From assembly GCA_951406725.2 (NCBI GenBank), contig OX597817.1, positions 35,836,001-35,900,000 of the forward strand: DNA of 64,000 nt, read 5' to 3'. Shown one piece after another: positions 42,015-54,499 of the stretch (the stretch's first letter is position 1; the number at the start of each line of letters is the position of its first letter). The position numbers were made by a program, and so were the translations under genes. A model generated the notes under the pieces. That model worked only from the letters and a program-made list of their open reading frames with translations. It did no database searches and was not told where the DNA came from. Source of the DNA: Octopus vulgaris. Lineage: Eukaryota.

Positions 42015-43038
42015 ATGGAATTGTCAAAGTGCGACATTTGAGCAATTTTGCTATTCAACTTCATAAAAGGATGTAAAGCAGCTGAAAATGCTCATGATAT
42101 CAACAAAACATTCTGTGAGGAAATGACCAGTGAGTAGTCAGCTTGAAAATGGTTTAAATGATTTCGCAGTGGAGTCCTGAATCTTGAAGGTTGTGCGCAT
42201 AGTGGATGACCATCTGTCATTGATGACAGTCAATTAAGGATCGTCATTGAGAAAGATCCATGCAAAACCACCTAAGAACTGGCAAAAGTACTTCAAGTTA
42301 GCCAGAAAACTGCCTGCAACCATTTGCATGCTATCAGAAAATCAAAAAAGCTTGATAAATGAGTACCACACTATTTGAATGAAAATCAGAAAATGTACAG
42401 ATATGAAATTTGCTTGTTGTTTCTTCTCCATAACCAGACCGATCCATTTCTTGACCGCATTGTAACTTGTGATGAAAAGAGGATTCTGTACAATAATAAA
42501 AAACATTCTTCGCAGTGTTTGGACCAAAATGAAGCACTGAAAACCTTTCCTAACCCTGAGCTCTTCAAAAAGAAGGTTATGGTGACTGTTTGGTAGTATA
42601 CTGCTGGACTCATCCACTATAACTACTTAAAACCCTGAAAAACCATTACTGCAGAAACATTGCCATGAAATTGCCAAAATGAATGAAAAACTGTTACTTC
42701 TCCATCCCAGACTGGTCAACAGAAGAGGGCCAATCATTCTTCATGACAATGCTTGACCACACGTTTTACTAATGACACTCCAGAAGTTGAGGGAACTTGG
42801 CTATGAAGTTCTTTCTCACCCAGCTTATTCCCCACACCTTTCTCCTACCAACCACTACTTTTTCAAGCACCTTGATGGTTTCCTGCAAGACGAGTTCTAA
42901 ATTCAAATCGATGCTGTTAGTGTGTTCAAAGAGTTCATCAGCTCCAGAACTCCAGATTTTTACGTTACCGGAATAAATAAACTTGTAACTCGTTGGCAAA
43001 AATGTGTTGATTGTAATGGTACTTTCTTTGATGAATAA
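42015..43038 (+). pseudogene. mariner (DD34D) transposase relic
   Basis: RIVTCDEKRILYNN, KKVMVTVW, LHDNA*PH, HPAYSPHLSPTNHYFF, LVTRWQKCVDCNGTFFDE*; multiple stops and frameshifts. Confidence 0.92.
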
Positions 43039-43944
43039 AATATCCACATTGTTGAAATATATTGTGATGAATGTTGCTTACTTTTTACTCAGTCTGATAT
43101 CTATCTGGTTTGATTCAGACACACATGCTTCTAGGTTCAATCTCACTTTGAATACTCTTACTCTTTACTCTTTTACTCTTTTACTTGTTTCAGTCATTTG
43201 ACTGCGGCCATGCTGGAGCACCGCCTTTAGTCGATCAAATCTACCCCGGGACTTATTCTTTGTAAGCCCAGTACTTATTCTATCGGTCTCTTTTGCCGAA
43301 CCACTAAGTGACGGGGACATAAACACACCAGCATCAGTTGTCAAGCAATGCTAGGGGGACAAACACAGACACACAAGCACACACACACACACACATATAT
43401 ATACATATATATACATATATACGACAGGCTTCTTTCAGTTTCCGTCTACCAAATCCACTCACAAGGCATTGGTCGGCCTGGGGCTATAGCAGAAGACACT
43501 TGCCCAAGATGCCACGCAGTGGGACTGAACCCGCAACCATGAGTGCTTTGTTTTTTTAACTATAGCTTCTTATTGGACAAATACTTTTATGAGATAAATT
43601 TAGGAAATGGAAAGCATGTTGAAGCTTGTATATATGTATGTGTGTTCATTATTGCATATTTTTAGTGTAAATTGGTGTAAATTTCTTACAGCTGTAACAC
43701 TCTTTAAGAAGGTAATTTCCTAACAAACTATTGTTGAGGTTGATATAATTGATATAAAAGCTCTGAACGTAGAAGGTGAGAGGTAGCAGTCTAACATATG
43801 AAACCAATAAGAGAGGTAAGAGAATGAGCAGGTGGGCGTAAAATACAACTTGTATATTTATAGAAAATGTATACATATTCAAGGTACATATTTAAATGTG
43901 GCCATTAAATGCTTTCCTGTATATATGAATGAATTCCAGTATTT

Positions 43945-44388
43945 TAAATCCGGGTTTGTCTCCGTTAACGGGAGTGGCTGGATCTACCTCACTTTTACAG
44001 CAACCACTCTCACACCATCTCATCATCTCACCTGGTTTTGGGCATCCTCCCTCCTCGAGTCAACCCTCCCATCTCCTCTTCCACCTGTCCCCTCCACGTT
44101 TTCTTTGGTTGACCTTGCCTTTGAGGTTCATTCACTTTAAACTCAAGCACTCTCCTCAAAACATGATCCTCATCCCTCTTCAACATGAGACCATACCACT
44201 GCACTCTAATCACCCTCGCCTGCTGTTCCACCGATTCCGCAAACCCCAGCATCCCCATCAAGTCCTCAGCCCTCATTTCATCCAATAGTTTCGTACCACA
44301 CATTGCTCTCATCATTGCTCTCTTGGTCCTTCTCAAAATTGCCATTTTGCTTACCCTCAGACACCATGTCTCACTCCCATGTACAGTA
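43945..44388 (-). mobile_element. Older RTE LINE 3' fragment
   Basis: AILRRTKRAMMRAMCG...VQWYGLMLKRDEDHVLRRVL...GQPKKTW. Confidence 0.85.
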
Positions 44389-44452
44389 GTGAATAGTGAG
44401 AATAAACTGTTGTTTCTTTCTTTCCTTTTTGTTTTTTTTTTTCACTTTAAAG

Positions 44453-44541
44453 CTGCATTGAAGTTGAAGATGCTTAGTCAGACAAATGAGTTGAACAACT
44501 ACAAACAGAAAATAGTACAGTTGCAGAATGAAATAATAAAG
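44453..44541 (+). CDS. CCDC33: CCDC33-like coding exon 3 (AALKLKMLSQTNELNNYKQKIVQLQNEIIK)
   Basis: Long polypyrimidine tract + aag acceptor, AAG|gtaatt donor, phase 1 to 0. Resembles CCDC33 RVQHLQNELIR. Confidence 0.9.
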
Positions 44542-44670
44542 GTAATTAATAATAAAAATAATGATGATGATAATAATGACAATAATTCTTTCTTTATTGG
44601 CTGTGAAAAAATCTACCTCAATAAACTCTGTCCAACCCATGCAAGAATGGAAAAGTGAATGTTAAAACAG

Positions 44671-44720
<50 letters not shown>

Positions 44721-45540
44721 ACACAGGTCTACAGAATTTGGGAACAGAAAGGTGTCTGTTGAATAGACAAGTGTTTCTGAAGCACTTTTTTGCACCGAAT
44801 CCAGATATGCTATTTGTTATTACCAATTATATCAAAATCTTTGTAACCACACAACCTTGGTTTTTCACTATTAAATTTAGTTTGACCTGACTTTGGAGCA
44901 GAGGGCCAAAGTGTGAAAAATGCTTTATTGTCACGCTTCCCCCTTGCATAAAAATAAACTAAAATTATGAATGTAGCTGATTTTGTGCACAGATAGTTTA
45001 CCTGTGCAGGTGGCACATAAAAAGCACCAGTTGAGCATAGCCGTTGCCAGTACTACCTAACTGGCCCTCATGCTCATGGCACGTAAAAGCACCCACTACA
45101 CTCTTGGAGTGGTTAGTGTTAGGAAGGGCATCCAGCTGTAGAAACTCTGCTAGATCAGATTGGAGTCTGGTTTGCCAGACCTCAGTCAAATTGTCCAACC
45201 CATGCTAGCATGGAAAGCGGACGTTAGACAATGATAATGATAATTTAATTATAGCAAGATTTTGGCTAAAGTGGTGATGTTTTTGGCCTATGATGGAGAA
45301 AATACAAAAGGTGGCCTAGGATCACTCTATTCCATTGATACAAGGTTTTAAACACGCCTGCCAATTGTATTCAATAACATGATAACTCCCGAAAATGTAA
45401 TATACCAGTATGAAGGAAGAAAGCTCTGTTTCTTAGGCATCCTGGAATGTTTTAGCTTTGGGCATCCCTTTTTATACTCCAACAGTAATCAACCATCGTA
45501 TTCACATCCTATTTCTTTTGCTATCCCTCCTCTATTAAAT

Positions 45541-45975
45541 AATATAATAATAATAAAATTATTGTATACAGTGCTCAGGTGCACCACAACTTGTCAAAAG
45601 TGTGTATAAAGCATATGCAGTAACGTACAAATGTCTGGAAAGTGAAAAGTGTATGAGTCAGATACATGCTTGCATGTGTATGGAGGGGAGAAAATCAGGT
45701 GTAGTGTTGGCGAATCTCAGGAAGCATGGAAGTTTTGAACGATGCAGTGCTCCAACAACTAACAACTGATGCCGGCAGTTTGTTCCATACTTCAGTTTGT
45801 TCCGTACTTAGTGTGAAAAAATGTTTCCCAAAGTCATGGGAGCTGTGCTGTTTTCTGACTTTGTAAACATGTCCACGGGTGTTAGACAGGTGGAGTTTGA
45901 AAAGGTGCTCAGAGTTATTGTTTGTAAGATGGTTAATAATTTTATGGGTGCCTGCCAAGTCAGCTGCCAGACGTC
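45541..45975 (-). mobile_element. CR1-clade LINE 3' end
   Basis: NTRGHVYKVRKQ...HFFTL...WNKLPASVV....SFK is the CR1 ORF2 C-terminal motif; (ATT)n tail. Confidence 0.88.
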
Positions 45976-46464
45976 AGAGTTTCAATGTATCAATGTTACC
46001 TTCATAACTTGGTGGAATATTTCTCCCTGTTCATTAGTGATATCTTCCACATTCTGAGGGAATTGATTCAAGTGACTGAACAAACAAATGTATCTCGATA
46101 CTCATTTAGCATCCCAGCGAATGAAAAGAACAGAATATTTTTTCAATGATTTCCTTGTAATTGGTTGCTTTGTTGCTGCCAAGAGAGTTCTTTTAGGGAT
46201 ATCATGTTATAGGCATATAATTTGCAGATTTTGTTGTGTTTAAGATTCTGCATCAACAGAATTGAATAACCCTTGGACGCCTTTTGTATTTCTTCCATCA
46301 TAGACAGAAAACATTCCTATTTCTGGCTGACATGCTACTACAGTTAAGCTATCTATGCACAAAATCAGCTATTCTTTTATTCTTTTACATGTTTCAGTCA
46401 TTTTGACTGTGGTCATGCTGTAGCACTGCCTTTAGTGGAATTATTCAACCCCAGGACTTATTCT

Positions 46465-46846
46465 GGATCTTTACCTTGACTGGCAGATTTAGAAAATAAT
46501 TTTTTGTAACTAAACACTTTAAAACTTCGTATACTGGTAGAATGTGCCATATAAAACATCTTTTTCTCTTAGCATTTTTGAGATAAGTTTATATTTACGA
46601 AGTTATTTCATGTTAAAGTTGTTGTATTTCGGTAATTTTATTCAGCTGAATACACGTCATTGATTGGTCGAAATTACCAAAATACAACAACTTTAACATG
46701 AAATAACTTCGTAAATATAAACTTTTCTCAAAAATGCTAAGAGTAAAAGATGTTTTATATGGCACATTCTACCAGTATACGAAGTTTGAAAGTGTTTAGT
46801 TACAAAAAATTATTTTCTAAATCTGCTGGTCAAAAGGTAAAGATCC
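46465..46846. mobile_element. Palindromic MITE, termini GGATCTTTACC, 8-bp TSD CTTATTCT, inserted in a SINE
   Basis: ~175-bp arms; TSD at 46457-64 and 46847-54. GG termini with an 8-bp TSD suggest Merlin (inference). Confidence 0.9.
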
Positions 46847-47438
46847 CTTATTCTTTGTAAGCCTAGTACTTATTCTATCGGTCTCTTTTGCTGAACTGCT
46901 AAGTTACGGGGATGTAAACACACCAACATTTGTTGTCAGGTGATGACAAACACAGACACACAAACATATACATATATATATGACGGGCTTCTTTCAGTTT
47001 CCATCTACCACATCCACTCACAAGGCTTTGGTCGACTCGAGGCTACAGTAGAAGACACTTTCCCAAGGTGATTCATAATTTTATTATACTTTATGCAAGG
47101 GAAGGGTGATAAAAAAGCTTTTTTCACATTTTGGCCCTCTTCTCCAAAGTCAGATCTGGACATAAAATGAACAAAAACTATATCTTCATGATAAATCAAG
47201 GAAGTGTGTATACAAATATCCTGATGTGATTGGTGAAAATGAATAGCATATCCGGATTCAGCTTGAAAGTGTTTCAAAAATATTTTTCTATTCAACAGAA
47301 CCACGTGGTTCGTAAGCAAGCTACTTACCACACAGCCACTCCTACGCCTATCATGTAAATGTTGAAACAATTAGAAAATGGAGACAAAATAATTTTAAAA
47401 GTTTTGATTTACATATTTTTTGTATTTATTTATTGCAG

Positions 47439-47625
47439 AAAAATGACCAAGAAAAATATTATCTTAGACTTTCTGAAGCTCATAAAAATCAGCAAAACCT
47501 CATTCAACGATTACAGGAGAAAAGCAAGAAAATTTATGGTTTGGAAGATGTTTGTGTTAAACAAGAGAAAGTCATAGAATGTCTTCAGAATAAGATAGAA
47601 AACCAAATTACAGCATCAAAGCTTT
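47439..47625 (+). CDS. CCDC33: CCDC33-like coding exon 4 (KNDQEK...KQEKVIECLQNKIENQITASKL)
   Basis: ttattgcag acceptor, T|gtatgt donor, phase 0 to 1. Matches CCDC33 KNDREK...HQEKVIEKME. Confidence 0.92.
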
Positions 47626-48676
47626 GTATGTAGATTCTTATTGCTTTTAACTGACTTGCTTTTATTTCCTTGACAACCACCACCACCACCACCGACAACA
47701 GCATGAGCCAATGAAAGTGTATATGTGGTTGCTTGACTTACTAGAAACAACAGCCAAATCTCCCTTGTACTGAAAACAAAAGAGATGCATTTGATAATAT
47801 AATCCTAAATATGCTGAAATAAAGATAGAATGGTTATGGGGATGAAGAGAAACAACAACTAATGCATGCATCTGAGGAGAGCCTCATTGGGATCACACAA
47901 TTTGTTAGAAATAACAGTCAAATCTTCCTCTTATCACATCCTGACATCTAACCCTTTAGTATTTAAACTGGCCATATCAGGTCCTAATATTTTACTTGCT
48001 TTATATACAAACTGGCCAGATCAGTCCTCTCACATTTACCCTACAATGTCACTTTAATAATAAACAATCACATCATTGAATTTGCAAAGCTATGAAATAG
48101 TGCATGATTAATTCAAAACATTGTGAATAAATAGACACCACATTTGACAGGGTAACCTGAATACGAAAAAGTAAAGAGAAAGACACATTAAACAATGGAT
48201 GGTTATAGTGAGAATGCCTTTGATATACTGGTCTGTCTTATCATGGCTGATCCGTGGCTAAGCCACAATAAATACAGTCAGTGTGATCCAGTTCAGTTGG
48301 CTGTGAAGTAATATAAAAAGAGGAAACAGAGTTCACAGGAGTAAAACAATTAACAATCCTTTTTGTAAGTTGGTAGCGGTAACCAACATAAATTTTTCCA
48401 TGATTAATTCAACTCCACAATCTCTGTTAAATACTTACCTGTTGTCAAGGTAAGAATAATATTGGCAGGCCTACTTATTATCATCAAGGTTATCTCCAGC
48501 TCACTCCTGTGATTAATTACACTACAACATAATATATATGTCTTAGGTCATTTAGATTACTTCGATTTTTTAGCAGTCAATCAGTAAGAATTTTCATGGC
48601 AGTCACTATATATTTCTTTACTACCCACAAGGGGCTAAACACAGAGGGGACAAACAAGGACAGACAAACGGATTAA

Positions 48677-49087
48677 ACCTTTCGTTACCAACCCGGCTGA
48701 AACTGGCTCTGGCTCTTTAGTATAAATGTCTTGTTTTCATAAGTTTTGAATTCAAATCTTCCACCAAATCTTAGTCACAATTTATGTTCCTAACACTAGT
48801 GTAATGGTAACGATGTTATTTTACTAAATTCTTTGTTATCATCATCATCATCATCATCATCGTTTAGCATCCGTTTTTCATGCTAGCATGGGTTGGACGG
48901 TTCAACTGGGGTCTGTGAAGCCAGAAGGCTTCATCAGGCCCAGTCAGATCTAGCAGTTTCTACAGCTGGATGCCCTTCCTAACGCCAACCACTCCGTGAG
49001 TGTAGTGGGTGCTTTTTACGTGCCACCCGCACGTAAATAATTGGAAGAAACACAGAGCATCTCAAAATAAATACAATAATGAAAGGG
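48677..49087. mobile_element. Same piggyBac-type MITE, inverted, inside a SINE and itself interrupted by an RTE 3'UTR
   Basis: TTAA at 48673-76 and 49088-91. Confidence 0.88.
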
Positions 49088-50034
49088 TTAAGTCGATTAC
49101 ATCGACTCCAGTGCATAACTGGTACTTAATTTATCGACCCTGAAAGGATAAAAGGCAAAGTCGACCTCGGCGGAATTTGAACCCAGAACAGATGAAATAC
49201 GGCTACACATTTCGCCCGGAGTACCAACGTTTCTGCCAGCTCGCCGCCTTTACGACAGTCACTATAGACCAGCTAGCTACATTACTCCTTACTAAGTGGA
49301 AGTAACAATATAGAAGTAGCACTGTTTCCATTATTTTTTCTGCATGAATATTATTGTATTACGTAGTTTAGTAACAGATTTTTCTCTTATGACACATTAT
49401 CTAAAAATCATGTTTATGTCCTGTTTCTTCCTCCCTCTATTTTTTTTTTCTTTGTCATTTCCCACTGACTTGGTATTGGAAAGTTCCCAAACCTCTTCTG
49501 TTTTACACTACATTTTCACACACATACCTGACATTCAAAAAAAGGCAAAAAAAAGAAAAACAAACAACAAAGTTAAAATACATTTTTGAAGTGCTTTCAC
49601 ACCAAGAAAACTCTTTTCCTAATTTTATTATGTACATATAGGAATAGAGAGAGAAATGAGGGGGGGGGGAAGAAGAAGAAGAAGAAGAAGAAGAAAGAGA
49701 GAGAGAAAGAGGCCACCTGGCGACCTTTACATGTCATTTTGAAATGACAGCAATTAATAAATAAAGTCACAGTTGCCTAGAGCAAAGTAAAAGCATTGAA
49801 AATTGGTTCTCAACTCTTTTACTCTTTTACTTGTTTCAGTCATTTGACTGTGGCCATGCCAGAGTACTGCCTTTAGTCGAGCAAGTCTACCCCAGGACTT
49901 ATTCTTTGTAAGCCTAGTACTTATTCCATCATTCTCTTTTGCCGAACCGTTAAGTTACAGGGATGTAAACACACCAGCATCGGTTGTCAAACGATGTTGG
50001 GGAAACAAACACAGACACACAAACATATACACAC

Positions 50035-50138
<104 letters not shown>

Positions 50139-50293
50139 TATATATATATATATATATATAAATATATCATATATTATATATATATATATATATATATAAT
50201 TATATATAATATATTTATATATATAAAATATATCATATAATATATTATATATATATAAATATAATATAATTAATATATTAAATATAAATATAT

Positions 50294-50363
<70 letters not shown>

Positions 50364-51023
50364 TATCATATATATATATATATACGACGGGCTTCTTTCA
50401 GTTTCCATCTACCAAATTCACTTCACAAGGCTTTGGTCGGCCCGAGGCTATAGTAGGAGACACTTGCCCCGGAACCATGTAGCTGGTAAGCAAGCTATTT
50501 ACCACACTGCCGACCCTTTTCATTACTACTTTACTCTGGCAGACCCCCCCCCCCATAGCCATTCCATGCTTAAAACCTACTTTTTATAGATATTTCTTTC
50601 AAAATTCTTATTTTGCTTTTTACACATTAACTTGTGTAGGTTTAAACTATGTAAAACAGAAAGAAATTTTTTGCTGTTTCTTGTAATAAGTACTTTTTCA
50701 TGGACCCTTATTATACTACTGCAGGTCTCCAATTTAATATTTTGCTTGCTCGGACCCCACAAAATCTTACGTGGACTTCCAGGGGTTCATATGGACCTAG
50801 TTGAGAACCACTGATTTTTAGAAGACAAATAGGTTAGCAAGTTAATTGGCAACTTCAAAATTCTTGTAGAAAATGTGCAAAGGGGGAAAATCACTCACTA
50901 AAATGAATAGAATTTTAAAGGATCAGACATTTGAGGACAGACTTAAGCAATTTGCTGTGCTTTGATTGCTTTACAGATGGAGTGGGAATATTTTATCCTC
51001 ATTATCATCTCTTCACATCCATA

Positions 51024-51302
51024 TTGGTTGCTTTCTTGCTGCCAAGAGAGATTTTTAGGGATATCATGTTATAGGCATATAATTTGCAGATTTTGATGTG
51101 TTTAAGATTCTGCATCAATAGAACAGAATAACCCTTGGACACCATTTGTATTTTCTCCATCATAGACAGAAAAGATTCTGATTTCTGGCTGACATGCTAC
51201 TATAGTTAAGCTATCTATGCACAAAATAAGCTATTCTTTTATTCATTTACTTGTTTCAGTCATTTTAACTGCAGCTATGCTGGAGCACTGCCTTTGGTCG
51301 AA
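51024..51302 (+). repeat. Direct duplicate of 46161-46440
   Basis: ~210 nt of non-SINE sequence plus the adjoining SINE 3' end are shared. Confidence 0.92.
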
Positions 51303-51399
51303 TGATTTGCATGAAAATATACATTTCAGTGGACACTATCATATGTATTGCTGTGAGCCAGAATTAATTTTAAATGGATTTGGATTATAACTATAAAGA

Positions 51400-51973
51400 G
51401 GGGCGTAACCAGTCCAATAATGCTTGCCTTTCCTTCATTGAACACTAAATTCTGCTTGCGAAGACCTGTTGAGGCAAGTGAAATTGAAATCAAAATCAAA
51501 TCCGATGACTGGCATCCATGCTAGTGGAGTGCTAAGAGTACCATATGAGTGAGATCACTGCCAGAGCAATAAGCTGGCCTCCGTGCCGATGGCACATTAA
51601 AAACACCATTCAAACGTGACCATTACCTGCATTGCCTTACTAGCACTTGTGCTGGTGGCACATGAAAAAAACCTTCAAGCGAGGTCGTTGCCAGTACCAC
51701 AGGGCTGACTCCTGTGCAGGTAGCACATAAAAAGCACCATTTGAGCGTGGCCATTGCCAGTACCGCCTGACTGGCCCTCGTGCCGGTGGCACATAAAAGC
51801 AGCCACTACACTCTCAGAGTGGTTGGCGTTAAGAAGGGCATCCAGCTGTAGAAACTCTGCCAAATCAGATTGGAGCATGGTGCAGCCATCTGGTTCGCCA
51901 GACCTCAGTCAAATCGTCCAACCCATGCTAGCATGGAAAGCGGACATTAAACGATGATGATGATGATGATGAT
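51400..51973 (+). mobile_element. RTE LINE 3'UTR fragment (4-5 modules); similar copies at 2085-2305(-), 10871-11116(-), 36270-36573(+), 45000-45240(+), 48838-49032(-), 53590-53826(+)
   Basis: Shared core, module array and tail. Confidence 0.85.
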
Positions 51974-53238
51974 GGAAGAGAAGAAACTTCACAAGTGTTA
52001 ATGAAAATTATTCCCACAGGAGCCAAGGGATAGGACACTAAAATTTCAGTTAAAATATTTTAAAGTCAAGAGTAGCGTATCTAATTTTTGGTAGTTATAG
52101 TAACAACTCTAGAAATGTTTTGATCTAATCAATCTTCCTCAGTGAAGCTTAGTTTGTAACATCCTTTGAATATTCAGAAAAAGTTAAATCAACATTTAAC
52201 GACTTCGCTTATCAGACATAACAAGGAAATGGTATTTATAAGGTTAAGTTTAGAACCATTGTAAGTACAGAGCAAGACACCTGTTCTTGTCTCTCTATCA
52301 TACTTCAATCACTCAGCATTTAGAACAAAGCCGCCAACCCTTCCCAGATAATCAGACCCGCTTCATCATGGGGTGGTATTTCCCATTCCTTTTATGTCTT
52401 GCAAATTACATAGCAACTTCACTAGTGCAGATGGTACATAAAAAAAACACCTAGCTTACACTGTAAGGTGGTTGGTGTTAGGAAGGGCTTCGAAGCCAAA
52501 GAAAATGCACCAAAGCTGACACCAGAGCTTGGCACAGCCCTGCAGCTCACTGGGTCTTGTTAAACAATCTAACCCATGCTAACATAGAGAATGGATTTTA
52601 TACAATGATGATGATGAGGAGGAGGAGGAGGAGGAGGAAGAGGAAGAGGAGGAGGAGAATATCTCAAGAATAATCAATAATTATACAGTTAGGAGAAGAA
52701 AGTTGCTCAGTGAATGATATTATTAAGGTTATCCTTTGCTGAGGAAGTCCAATAAGACTGAACTTTGTACTGAGTTACCCATACTTGCCAAAATCAGATT
52801 AAAATAACATTACTCATTAAGGTAATGTTTTTGTCTCCTTGCTACATAAGTATTATCAATTATACCCACTTCTTCCCTACATTAAGCATTACTCAAACTT
52901 GACTGTTATTTTTCATGCAGACAGCATCTATAAGAAATTTTCCTCATTAATCATAGAAATTACTTAGGCTGAGGCGATAATATCTTTAGCTCAAATAAGT
53001 ATCATCAAAATATCATTTCTGCAATAAGGAATCAGAAATCAATATCATTGAATGATATTGTTGATTTCAAAAGTTGAAGAAATGAGAGTTTTTTGATGTT
53101 CTTAGGAAGTTCTGCAATAATTTGTATTTTTGGTGATAGTAGCAGTAGTAATTGTGGCAATGGTGATGGTATAAATTACTGAAGGTGGTGGTGGTCATGG
53201 TGAAATCTTTACAGAAATTAATGTTCTTTCAATTGCAG

Positions 53239-53315
53239 GCAACGAAAAACTGCGGCAGAGCAGTTCATTGAAGTTGAGAAATAAACAGTTAGCTGAAGAA
53301 TGTGATAAACTCCAG
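53239..53315 (+). CDS. CCDC33: CCDC33-like coding exon 5 (CNEKLRQSSSLKLRNKQLAEECDKLQ)
   Basis: ttctttcaattgcag acceptor, CAG|gtaggt donor, phase 1 to 0. Resembles AENAKLRTELDK. Confidence 0.8.
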
Positions 53316-53988
53316 GTAGGTAAAAGGTTTTGTGCCCCATCCTGCTTTTCGTCCCCAAGAATGTAGTTAAGAAGTCTCCTTCACAATCACATGGTTTTAG
53401 GTTCAATACTACTGTGAGCCACTTTAGGAAAATGTCTTAAGATTGAAATTCAGAAGAGGAAAACTATGAAAAAGCCCATAATTATTTATACATGTATGTG
53501 TGTAAGTGTATTCAAGTATATGTGTGTGTGTAAAATTGATGCAGTAAGTTATACCCCATTTTGCAAAAAATATAAAATTTAGCTGCCTTCGAGCAAGGTT
53601 GTTGCCAGTACCGCCTGACTGGCCCCCGTGCCGGTGGCATGTAAAAGCACCCACTACACTCTCGGGGTGGTTGGTGTTAGGAAGGGCATCCAGCTGGAGA
53701 AACTCTGCTAGATCAAGAATCAAGATTGGAGCCTGGTGCAGCCATCTGGTTCGCCAGCCCTCAGTCAAATCGTCCAACCCATGCTAGCATGGAAAGCGGA
53801 CATTAAATGATGATGATGATGATGATGAAACTGAAATAAAGACTGGACTTGATATGACTAAGTGGTGGTGCCCCAGCTTGGCCACTGGTCAATGACTGAA
53901 ACCATAAAAAGAAACAAAGAATTACATCATGTCAAGTATAAATCATTCAGTTGACCGAAAGAAACTTTAGTATTTATTCTATTTTCAG

Positions 53989-54096
53989 GATGAACTGAAT
54001 CAAGAATTGTTATCAAAGTCAGCAGATCAAGAGAAATTTGAATTGTATGACATCATCAAAGAAAACGAACTGAAGATTGCAGCCCTTGAAGAACAG
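53989..54096 (+). CDS. CCDC33: CCDC33-like coding exon 6 (DELNQELLSKSADQEKFELYDIIKENELKIAALEEQ)
   Basis: ttctattttcag acceptor, CAG|gttaat donor, 108 nt, phase 0-0. Resembles [22 protein letters not shown]. Confidence 0.88.
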
Positions 54097-54499
54097 GTTA
54101 ATCCCTCTTTACTTTTACCTGAATTCTTCTGGTCTTAGTTTCCTCACACTCACACCCACACCCTTACCAAGACAGCTAACTCTCTCACACTACTCCACTC
54201 TCAGTCTTCTTTTCTCTTTCCCTTGGCTGCAATTCCTTTCTTTACTTACCACCATCCCACACAGCATGATTTCTCACTTTTGTTTTCATTCGCCAAGATC
54301 TTGTTTTATTTTGTCACATATCTTAGTAATAATTGCAAAAATTGAGAGGACATGCTTTGATTTTATTGATTGACCTAACGTAAAGTATCAATAAGGTACC
54401 TAATGTAAGGTACCTTATATTGGGCACATATCATATAGTATCTTAATATAGCAAAACCAATAGTATGCCATCGATGAGAAGGCCATAATACAAGTAACT

